Positions 12,839-23,512 of a stretch of DNA of 64,000 bases are shown one piece after another (within the stretch, counting starts at the first letter, position 1; each line of letters opens with the position of its first letter). The DNA lies in the NCBI GenBank assembly GCA_973851085.1, contig OZ316775.1:62001-126000 (forward strand). Direction: 5' to 3'. Source of the DNA: Ptychomitrium polyphyllum (taxonomy: Eukaryota). The translations under genes were made by a program, and so were the position numbers. The notes beneath the pieces were generated by a model. That model was not told where the DNA came from, did not search any database, and saw nothing but the letters and a program-made list of their open reading frames with translations.

Positions 12839-15800
12839 AGAATTCCCTAGGAGTTACGAACCTTGGGAGAGACATATCTCTCAAAATACTAGATTAAATT
12901 GGATGTTTGAAGAATTTATCGGCATCTATTCAAAGTGGAAATGACAATAGAGTGGTCATTTAATAGATTCACAGACAAAACGTAGAAGATATGGCTTTTT
13001 GAAGGTCTGCAAGAAGTTTCGGAGGCTTTAAGCGGCTAAGTTTCAAGGGAGATTGGGTGGTTTTCCATAGTTTTGTGTATGTCAGGGTTCAGCTAGCTAC
13101 AAAAGGCCAAGGAGCCTACCAAATCCCACAGAGAGTTCTATGGGGGAGGGTTAGTCTCCTTCCCTACTTCCATAGTGTCCCGGTAGAAACTAAGGGTGAG
13201 TCTTGGTGGATGGAGCTAGTGTTGGGGCTTCACCACGGGGACTCCCACATAGAACCCTCCCCCATAGAATCCTCCCCCATAGACTTTTAAATGTCTCCAT
13301 AGCCTTTTTATATTCTTTGGAAGCTTCCTAGGAAAGTCCTTCCACCTTAAGAAACATCCTACAAAGATTCTATCATCTTAAAAAACTTCTTAGGAAGGTT
13401 TTATCTCTATAGGAAACTTCTTAAGAAATTTCCACTACCTTAGGAAACTTCCAAGGAAGATTCTAATTCCTTGGAAGCTTTTTAGGGAGGTTCCAATATC
13501 TTAGGAAATTTCTTGGGAAGGTTCTTTAGACTTCTAGAACATTCTGAAGCTTTATGGGAAGCTTCTTTACAAATATCCTAGGAGATACAAACATCATAGT
13601 ATAAATAGGAGGCAACACAAGGTATTTCTTAGTCTTGCCAACACAAGTTGAGGATCATCTTGAATCCTGCCTTGTTCTAGTCTTTGTATCAAGTTCTTGT
13701 TAATCATGAGCTCTTTGGAAGCTAATTCTTGGGAAACACTTTGTTTCTGCTTCTTGTATCTTGTGTCCCTAATAGTTTGACAAGACTACTTTTCATCTTT
13801 GGCAGAGCTAAGGTTCTTTGAAAAAGATTGTGGATTATCCATCTTCGTTAGGATTCTATAGCGTCTTGGAGGTTGCGGATTACCCTCCTCTAAGCTAGTA
13901 CCATAGAGTTGATTTCTTCTTCTTGAACAAAGTACTAATTCTATCAAAGGACGTGGATTACCCTCTTTTAAAGGTACTCATAGTCTTTCTGTCTTTGACA
14001 GTTTTAAGAAATGGATAACGTGTCTAGAACATCAGATAATAGGTTTGCAACTATTGCAGATCTTCAAAAATTATTAAACACAGTTTGAACGGAACTTGCC
14101 CGTTTTAACACCACCAACATTTTGAAGCAACACACTCAACAAACTAAAGAATCCAATGGTGGTATTCAAAGGTTATATCAAGAGGTTGTTTGATTGGGAG
14201 AGGCCAATATTGGAAGGGAAGGCTTATGTCGAACCCATGTAGAGCCAAATATTAGCATGTTAGACAAGTTTAATGGATCAAGATCAAAATTAGGAGGCTT
14301 TGTTCAACAAGTAAGGTTCTTCCTTAGTTTGCATCAATCTTGCTATCTTGGTGGCACAACTCAAGTAGGATTTGTGGCTACTCTTTTATTAAACAATGCA
14401 CTATCGTGGTTTGCACCACTAATGGACAAGCGGTCACCATTATTGAACAACTTAGCTGCTTTCATTGAAGCATTGACATCTACTTTTGGAGACACCAACC
14501 GTGAAAAGGTGGCTGATACAAGGATCCAGAGTCTCCAACAAGGACAGCGCTCGGCTGCTATATATGCTGCAGAGTTTTGACAATTAGCTTGCGACCTTGA
14601 TTGGAATGATAAAGCCTTGGTTACACGATTCCGATGGGGTTTAAGAGAGAATGTAAAGGACTTGCTACTCAGAATACTAAGAGTTGAAACATTGGACGAA
14701 TTCATCACTCAAGCAATAGCATGTGACAATAGACTATTTGAGAGGCGCCAAGAACAATGCTTGGGATGGCAACCAGTACATCAAAGCATGGCTACCATTT
14801 CTTCAAGAATATTCAAAAGCCGACCATAAGGACCAGAACCTATGCAAATTGATGCTGCCCAATTTAGACGTTTGGCTCTAGAAGAAGAAAGGCGTCGAAG
14901 AGAAAACCTATGTTTGTATTGTAGCAAGTCTGGACATAAAGTGCACAATTGCCAAATCAAAGGATTTGCCTTTAAGGCTCAAAGCACAATGGTGGAGTTA
15001 GAAAACGAGGCTGTTCAGTCACAGTAGGGACCATGCAATTGGACACTACAAGGAAACGACCATAAAATCAAGGTCTCTTACTACCTTCAAGCCTTACTTC
15101 TTATTTTACATTTCCTATCAAAGTTAAATTGTTAGATGATGAAATAATTAGTGAAGCTCTATTAAACACTGGTGCAACAGAATGTTTCATAGACAAGGAT
15201 TTTGCAAACAAACATCACATGGTGCTTGTGAACAGAAAATACCCCGCACTTGTTGAAGTTATTGATGGACAATCTCTTGCATTTGGCAACGTTATTAAAT
15301 AAACTCAACCATTGGAGGTTGTTTTAGTAGATCAGGCATCTAAGATTGTCTACAACATCATTCAATGCCGAATTGGTTTGAATTACATAATCGATACATT
15401 GACTGGCGCTCACGGAGTGTGGCCTCAAGGAAAAGACGCCAAGGTACGAGAAATCTTAGACCATCATTTATTGGAACTAAGGCATTCATAAAAACGGCAA
15501 AAGATAAACCAATCTATGCCATTTATGCGACATCAATGTCCAGCTTTATAACAGAGATTAATCAAAATATACCTTGTCAATATCAAGATTATAAAGATGT
15601 TTTTGAAAAGGAAAATGCGGACATATTACCAAAGCACCAAGCTTACGATTGTACCATTGAATTGCAAGAAGGAGCCCAACCACCTTTTGGACCTATTTAT
15701 AACTTATCACAAACCGAGCTGACTACTTTGAGAGAATATATTGATGAAAACCTAGGAAAGGGCTTCATTCAACATTCTAAATCACCGGCTGGAGCACCTA

Positions 15801-16065
15801 TTCTATTTGTAAAGAAGAAAGATGGATCATTACATATGTGCGTGGACTATCGAGGCCTCAATAAAGTAACAAAGAAGAATTGTTATTCATTACCATTAAT
15901 CTCATGACGCCTACAACAACTTGGCTAAGCAAAGATATTCACCAAAATTGATCTTAGAGGAGTATATAATCTTGTACGCATCAAAAAATGAGACAAATGA
16001 AAGATAGTTTTTTTATTTAGGTATGGTCATTTTGAGTATAATGTCATGCTTTTTGGCCTTATTAA

Positions 16066-16722
16066 TGTCGCGGACATAGATCATGTTACATAGTCCTTAG
16101 AACATTCTAAAACCTTTTAGTATACTATAATAGTCAGTTAGAATACTTTTAAATGTCGCCATAGCTTTTCTATGTTCTTAGAAAGCATCCTAGGAAAATT
16201 CTTCCATTTTAGGAAATTTCCTAGGAAGGTTGTATCATCTTAGGTAACTTCTTAAGAAACTTCCTTCAATGATTCCATTACCTTAGGAAACTTCCTAAGA
16301 AGGTTCTATCATCTTACAAAGCTTCCTAGGAAAGTTCTACCACCTCAAGAAACTTCTTAAGAAGGTTCTACCTCTTTAGAAAACTTCCTAAGAAGTTTCT
16401 GCTACCTTAAGAAACTTCCAAGGAAAGTTCCAACTCCTTGGAAGCTTCTTAGGAAATTTCTTGAGAAGGTTCCCTAAACTTCTAAAATATTCTCAAGCCT
16501 TATAAGAAGCTTCTTTAGAAGTATTCTAGGTGATACAAACGTCATAGTATAAATAGGAGGCAATACAAGGTATTTCGTAGTCTTGCCAACACAAATTGAG
16601 GATCATCTTGAATCCTGCCTTGTTCTAGTCTTTATATCAAGTTTTTGTTAATCATTAGTTCTTTGGAAGCTAATTCTTGGGAAACACTTTGATTTTGCTT
16701 CTTGTTTCTTGTGTCCTTAACA
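16066..16722 (+). mobile_element. Solo LTR, family A, inserted into the RT of a family A element
   Basis: TGTCGCGGACAT...TCCTTAACA; TSD ATTAA/ACTAA; splits the RT motif FGL(T)N-PAVFQHMMND. Confidence 0.92.
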
Positions 16723-17346
16723 ACTAATGTCCCCGCAGTCTTCCAACATATGATGAATGATATCATCCATGAACATTTGGACAATTTTGTAGTCATTTAT
16801 TTGGATGACATTTTGATGTATTCAAAGGATGAACAAGACCACAAATGTAATGTGCAATTGGTCTTAGAGAACCTACGCTAATGAGGATTATACCTCAAAT
16901 TAGATAAATTCGTTTCCCATGAATCCTTGGCTGAATTTTTTTGCTACATCATCTCTAAGGAAGGATTCCATATGGATGAAAAGAAAGTAAGCACAATCAT
17001 AAAGTGGAGTACACCAAGATCAATTTAAGATATTCATTGCTTCTTAGGATTTACAAACTTTTATAGGATATTCGTTAAGGGCTATTGCAAGATTGCGATA
17101 CCATTTGTTCAATTTACGGGCAAGTAAAAACTCATTTGGAATGAAAAAGCGGAAAAAACATTTCAAAGTCTTAAAAATTCATTCACGTCGATTCCAATCT
17201 TTATTCATCTAAATCCATCAAAGCCTTTTTATTTAGAAGCAGATGCCTCAGATTTTGTGCTTGGCTTAATACTCTCACAATATGATGAAGACGGAGACTT
17301 CCTTCTCTTGCCTTTTGTTCAAGGAAGTTCTCAACGGCTGATATCA

Positions 17347-18491
17347 TGTCGCAACCTTTATATTGCACCTTAGCAAGCGTCACGCACGTCAACCCTGTAC
17401 ACCCCCACATGCACATGGTTAACCCCCATTCTCACTCTCCAAGTCCCTCTACTATTTCTCCTAGGACACCCAATTGATTGGTAGCTAATGGTTAGGTACG
17501 GACTTCCGTTCATGTCCAAGGCCTCACTTGGTGTTACTCCCATTCCACACGGCCTAACCGCACTTAGTGGTGTCTCCTCACTACCACTCATCAACCCCAT
17601 GCGATCCTAAGATCACCTCGGGCCATCATGGTGCCGGCGTGAAGACACCATCCCAACTTAGTCGTAACAAGCGTGCCTTTTTAAACGTACTACTGCCCTT
17701 TATGAAACCGGCCATCTACCGGCTCACAATGGTGTGGGAGTCTCCGTGGTAAAGCTCTAACACTAGCTCCACCAACCGGGACTCACCCTTGGTTTCTATG
17801 GAGACACTAGGAGAGTGGGGAGGGGGACCAGTTCTCCCCTATAGTACTCTCTATGGGATTTGGCAGGCCCCCTAGCCCTCTGTAGCTAGTTGAATCCTGA
17901 CACACCCAATGTTTTGGAAGACCACCTGATCTCGCTTGGAACTTAGCCGCTGAAAGCCTCTAGAATTCCCTGCGGACCTTCAGGGAGCCATATCTTCCAC
18001 ATCCGGTGCTCAGATCTATCGAGCAACCACTATATTGTCGTCTACTCTGCGCGTAGATGCCGATAGACTCCTTAAACGTCCGATTTGAGTTAGTACTCTG
18101 GGAGATACGCCTCTCCTAAGTTTCGGTATTCCCGGGGAATTCCTTCTTGGACTGTTCCAGTCCAGTACAGTCACTGTGTAGGGCTGCCACAGTCTAGAAC
18201 AGCCCCTTGGCAACTCCAACTTCGAGATGCCATATTTTTTAGCTCCCTTGTCCGATTTGAGCAATCTTTAGCATTCTAAAATCAGCTCTTTGTGATTCCT
18301 CTAATGCCAATGATTTATTCCTTGTGGCCCTTGGTCTACATGGATAAGGATGTTTCTCCCCCTAAGGATCTTTTCCACGCTCGGCCCACTCGGTTCCTTT
18401 TACTATCGGCACCACAAGTCTCGAACGTCACTCCGGGGTCCCCCTTGTGCCCTTAGTGTTGCGGACACTCTTGAGGGAGAGGTGCGCGACA
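17347..18491 (-). mobile_element. Family B element (copy 3) inserted into the RNase H of the family A element
   Basis: TGTCGC...GCGACA inverted termini; perfect TSD TATCA (17342-17346 / 18492-18496); splits RKFSTADI|NY...KELLAIV. Confidence 0.93.
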
Positions 18492-21036
18492 TATCAACTA
18501 TGCTATCTAGAATAAAGAACTACTTGCAATTGTGGATGCGTTTGAAGAATGGCAACACTTGTTGGAAGAAGCTCAACATACCATTACAATACACACAGAC
18601 CACAAGAGCTTGGAGTATTTCATGAGTGCGCGCGTTTTGAATTGCCGTCAAGCAAGGTCGAGTATGTCGCTTTCCAAATTTAACTTTGTCATTATCTATC
18701 GATCTGGTAGCTTGCAAGTAAGCCAGATGCCTTATCTTGAAGATCTTATTTAGCTCCTCAACCTAGAAATGATGTTTTGAATCAACAAAGGATTATTTTA
18801 TTGAAGCCTGAGAATCTTCAATTGAAAGCAGCCATTATTACAACAACATCCCATTTTGACAAAATTCGGAAGGGTTTGAAGAATGTTGTTTTTGTTTCAA
18901 ATATAAAGAAGCGCGTCAAAGATAATGGAGATTCCTCAAATAACAATGAAAACTTTGAATTCCAAGAGGACCTACTTTATTATAAAGGACTTTTGTACCT
19001 ACCTTTAGGCCCTTTGCAGTTGAAGATCTTTCAAGTACGTCATGATCTTCCAGCAGCAAGACATTTTGGATTCAATAAAACAATGGACTTGAATGCTAGC
19101 GATTATTGGTGGCCACAAATGTGGAAGTACGTAAAGGAATTTGTTCAATCATGCGACACTTGTACAAGAGCCAAAGTACCAAGACACCAACCTCATGATT
19201 TGTTCCATCCACTTCCAGTGCCAAAGGGCCCATGGTTATCTTTGTCAATGGATTTTATTACGGACCTTCCAAATTCCAATTCTAAAGATTCTATTTTGGT
19301 AGTGGTGGATCGATTTATCAAAATAGCACATTTCATTCCATGCAACAAGACGGTAACGGGAGAAAAAACTGCCAAGTTGTTCCTAGATCACATCTACCGC
19401 ATACATGGACTACCAGATGATATTATATTCAATTAAGGGCCATAGTTCATTTCCAACTTTTGGAGGGCTCTATTCCAACTCTTGCGTGTAAAGAATAATG
19501 AGCAAAATATGTTGCTTTAGTCCTTCAACGAATTTTGGAATTTATAGAAATGTAACAAGTAGGCTAAGAAAAGAGCTCTTCATGGGACTTGTCGCTAAAT
19601 GGGGAGGTGATGTCACGAATATAGATCATGCAATATAATCCTTAGGACATTCTAGAACCTTCTAGTATGCTATAATAATTTCTTAGATTACTATTAAATG
19701 TCTCCATAGCCTTTTCATATTCTTAGGAAGCTTCCCAGGAACTTTCCTCCACCTTAGGAAACTTCCTAGAAAGGTTCTATCATCTTAGATAACTTCCTAA
19801 GAAGTTTCTACCTCTTTAAGAAACTTCCTAAGAAATTTCCGCTACTTTAAGAAATTTCCAAGGAAGGTTCTAACTCCTTGGAAGCTTCTTAAGAAGGTTC
19901 CAACATCTTAGGAAATTTCTTGAGAAGGTTCCCTAGACTTCCTAAACATTCTTAAACTTTGTAGGAAGCTTCTTTAGAAGTATCCTAGGAGATACAAACG
20001 TCATTGTATAAATAGGAGGCAAGACAAGGTATTCCTTAGTTTTGTCAACACAAGTTGTCTATCATCTTGAATCTTGCCTTCTTTTAGTCTTTGTATAAAA
20101 TTCTTGTTAATAATTAGTTCTTTGGAAGCTAATTCTTGGGAAACACTTTGTTTCTGCTTCTTGTTTCTTGTTTTTCTTACAATTTTCACGCCGGCACCAT
20201 GGTGGCCTAGGGTGATCTTAGGATTCCATGGGGATCATGAGTGGTGGTGAAGAGAGACTATTAAGTGCGGTTAGGCCCTCTAGAATGGGAGTAACACCAA
20301 ATGAGGCCTTGGACTTGAATGGAAGTTTGCACTTAACTATTGGCTATCAATCAACTAGATGTCCTAAAAGAAATGGTAGGGAGGATTGGAAACCAAGCTT
20401 GGAACTTGGAGAGTGAAAATGGAAATTAACCATGTGCATGTGAAGGTGTACAGGGTTGACATGCGTGACATTTGTTAAAGTACATTACAAGGGTTGCGAC
20501 AGATAGATTGGCATTTGCCATAAATTATTAGGCTTAAGAAATATTTGATTAGATGAATGTAATATGAACAACTAGTCATCATTTAAGATTGAAAAGCAAT
20601 TGCAACAAGCAAAGGTTTGGCATTGAGCCTATAAATACTATTTATGGAATTATTCATTGGCCACTTTTAAATAGAGCCACATGTCTATTATGATCTAGGG
20701 TGATTCATAGATTATAAAATTTATTCTATTATTGTTATATCATCCAAGAAATAGACAAGTAACAATTTTAGTGATAATATTTACAAGAGCCGCTTAAACA
20801 ATTTTTATTTTATGCAAATTTAACTTCAAAATCTTATGCACATAGAGGATGATACTTTAATGCATTGTAATTTTTTTTATCAAAGGAATGACACAAAGCT
20901 GAAAAGGGGAAGCTTACATGACCCACAAACTCAATGGGGTGGGAAGTCGTGTGCATAGAACCTCTCTCTGAATGGAACCTCTCTCTGAATGGAACCTCGT
21001 TGCTACCGTGCCTTTTGGAATATGTAGGAGCGGGAG

Positions 21037-21119
21037 ATGGGGGCATGGGGGGATGGGGGGGATGGGGGGGATGGGGGCATGGGGGGATGGGGGGATGGGG
21101 GGGATGGGGGGGATGGGGG
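21037..21119 (+). repeat. G-rich tandem repeat (AT/CAT followed by G5-7)n, potential G-quadruplex
   Basis: About ten runs of 5-7 G separated by AT or CAT, roughly 250 bp upstream of the HMG-box ATG. Confidence 0.9.
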
Positions 21120-21366
21120 TATGTTTCCCGCACCACACTGCACTGCCATCGGGGGCATCCCTAATTGGCGTGCACCTCGTCTCCTCCTTAAACCTACGCC
21201 CTTCAATCCCCCCCTTCAACTCCCCCAACTCCCCACCTCCTTTTTGCACCAGCTTTCAGCTCCACTCTGCGCTTTTCATCTTTTTCGTCCAGGTTTTGGT
21301 TTCTGGTTTCGGTGTTGTGTTCCCGTCTTCCCCCCCAACCTTTTCCTGTTTTCTTTGGGTGCAGTG

Positions 21367-23512
21367 ATGGTGGCGATGGTGGCCTCGGCTGCGGCGTCAC
21401 TGGTGAGGGTGACGCCGTCCGGCAACGGAAGCGTTCCAAGGAAGCGCGTCATGCAGGGGTTGATGGCGCTGCAGGCGGCCAAGCTGTTCGTGGCTGTGGA
21501 GGTGGAGGGTTTGCGTTCGCGTTGGGGTGCTGTCGTGGCTGCTGCGTCGAACAGGACGAGGACGAGTTTAGTGAGGGAAGAGGAATGCGAGGTGGGGGCG
21601 TTTTGCCCGCTGTATTCGTCGCTGAGGGAGGTTTCTATGCGCGGAGTTGTGACGAGGAGTGCTTCATCTGTCAATGGTGGTGAGCATTTTCTGAACGTTG
21701 TAGTTTTTCGATTAAAGTTTGTCCTTGTCTGGAGGTGAATGTGAGACGACCTGGTTAGCGATTGTAGGTTTTGCGATCTTTTCGTTGTCAGGAGATGGAA
21801 ATTTTGGGTTGTGCGTTTTAAGAAAGCCAACTCGACCGGACGGTAAGTGGTGTTCAACTCTTCATCCGACGACGTATCAGTGCGCATGGCTAATCGATCC
21901 GCTATCTGGTGGAAGCTTACGTTTCTGTCGCTATCTGCAGAATGTTTTGTTTCGTGGGGTTTGTTGTTGGCACCCTAAACCTCCATTAGGATTTGGATTG
22001 GTTGGCGGGTTAGACGGCTCTGTAGGCGTGAGCGCCTTGGTAGCTTATGAGGTCAGCATCCTTGCCATTATTGGTGCGTGCCTGTGTTAGGTCAATGTTA
22101 GCTTGTTGTATTAGAAGTGTGCTTCTAATGTCTCGGATCCTTACTCTAACCATGTATGGGTGCTAGTGGTTGTCGCTATATCACATGCTTTTCCTCCATG
22201 CAGCGGTTAGCTTGAACGGGGACGCGGCCAGTAGCGAAGAAACTACGGAGAGGTATGCACGAGAGAGATACTGCTTCCATTTTAATTTTTTTCTCTTTTA
22301 TGATATAAAATTTTGTGTTAGACATTTATTTACATGGTAGCTTCACATGCTGTTTTGTAGAAGTCCTAGAAAGTACAAGAAATCCGAATCCAAGAAGAAA
22401 CCTGTCAAGGACTCTGATCAGCCGAAACGACCCCCTTCTGCATACTTCATTTTCATGTGAGTCATTGATACGAATCCCCATTTGGTATTTTCTTCAATGT
22501 CGTAAGTTGGATTTACGAGGGGTTCAAGGATCTCGAGTTTCAGTGTTTAATGAGAATGCTCACTTTTGAATGTATTAATTACAGGGAGACTTTTCGGAAG
22601 GAGTTCAAGGCAGCGAACCCTGATGTTAAAGGCGTTACTGCGGTAAAGTTTCTACTGCCCAGCACTCAGCCTGACCCAAGTCTGAGTGTAGAATTGTCGG
22701 ACGAATATCAGAAGAGATTCTTCCATGTGTGACGTTGTTGGTAAAATCGTTTCTGGAATTTGCAGAGCGCAAAAGCTGGTGGCGAGAGGTGGCTCAGCAT
22801 GTCGGAAGAGGTCAGTGATGTTTCCCGCTTACTCCCTCTGCATTGGTCAGCAAGTTGGAATGGTTCAAGTGATGAGCGATCATAATGGTGCCTTGCTCAT
22901 TGTGCTTGTTTCTTGTTGTGCAGGAGAAAGCGCCTTACATTGCTGATGCTGCTGTCAGGAAAGGTCAATATGAGCAAGCCATGGCGGCGTACAAGGTATG
23001 TCTGCTCCTTGATAGAATTGCAGCCGTGACAGAAACTTTTCCTAGTCAGAGCTGTGAGCTTAATTTTACACATCGTTTCATGTGTTCCACGGCAAAGGAT
23101 ACGGCTTAGATTTGCCAAGATCGTTCTGGCACGGCAACTCATAGGATGCTCTATTAGAGAGTTAAAATTCTTTAAGGATATAGTAATTAATTCCGATTCT
23201 GATCATGGGTGTCTCCTTGCCTTTTCTGAAGTGCGGAGACAATACTTATATTTCACGTTCTTACAGCAGGCACTTGTGCTTTGCTGTGGCGAATATGTTT
23301 CCTTCTCAACTTTTTCTTTCCATTCAGTTAAAACAGACTTCTTGCCTTTTTCCCTTATTTATTTCCCCACGGACCCCCTTTCCCCCGCTTTCTCTAGTCT
23401 CCTTTTTCCTTTAAGTAGGGAATCTGGTCTTTGTTCGAATGTTCTTTGGGGACTCACAAAGATTTACCTATGCCAGAATGGTAAAGCCGTGGAGGACGGA
23501 GTGCAAGTGTAG
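21367..23512 (+). CDS. HMGB: HMG-box (HMGB-type) DNA-binding protein, 222 aa, long N-terminal extension and no acidic tail; exons 21367-21679, 22204-22252, 22361-22456, 22585-22642, 22766-22810, 22924-22995, 23477-23512
   Basis: GT-AG splicing gives an open 669-nt CDS containing KDSDQPKRPPSAYFIFMETFRKEFKAANPDVKGVTASAKAGGERWLSMSEEEKAPYIADAAVRKGQYEQAMAAYK, a typical plant HMG box. Confidence 0.9.

Larger units (their letters stand above)
13283..20181 (+). mobile_element. Degenerate Ty3/gypsy (chromovirus-like) LTR retrotransposon, family A: 5' LTR 13283-13774 (5'-truncated), gag ~14011-15027, pol (PR-RT-RH-IN) ~15003-19500, PPT 19598-19610, 3' LTR 19611-20181
   Basis: Gag with zinc knuckle CLYCSKSGHKVHNC; protease ALL(N)[38 protein letters not shown] and VIYLDDI (~16792); RNase H EADASDF; integrase HHCC and SMDFITDLP; AATGGGGAGGTGA before the 3' LTR. 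Multiple stops and frameshifts; integrase C-terminal half deleted. Confidence 0.95.
11873..20501 (+). mobile_element. Family B element (copy 2) split by nested insertions; B segments at 11873-12224, 12839-~13250 and 20182-20501
   Basis: Starts TGTCACGCACC and ends GGTTGCGACA; flanks GATTG/GATAG. The three segments align in order to copy 1, with about 85 bp missing at the ~13250 junction. Confidence 0.85.

Noticed and set aside
15024..15049. GTAG/CTAC pairing as a pseudoknot second stem
   Set aside because: CTAC directly abuts the 12-bp stem, leaving no linker, so only the hairpin is claimed.
20834..21367. Pro/His-rich and Gly/Trp-rich ORFs on both strands
   Set aside because: By-products of the G-rich repeat; the credible CDS starts at 21367.
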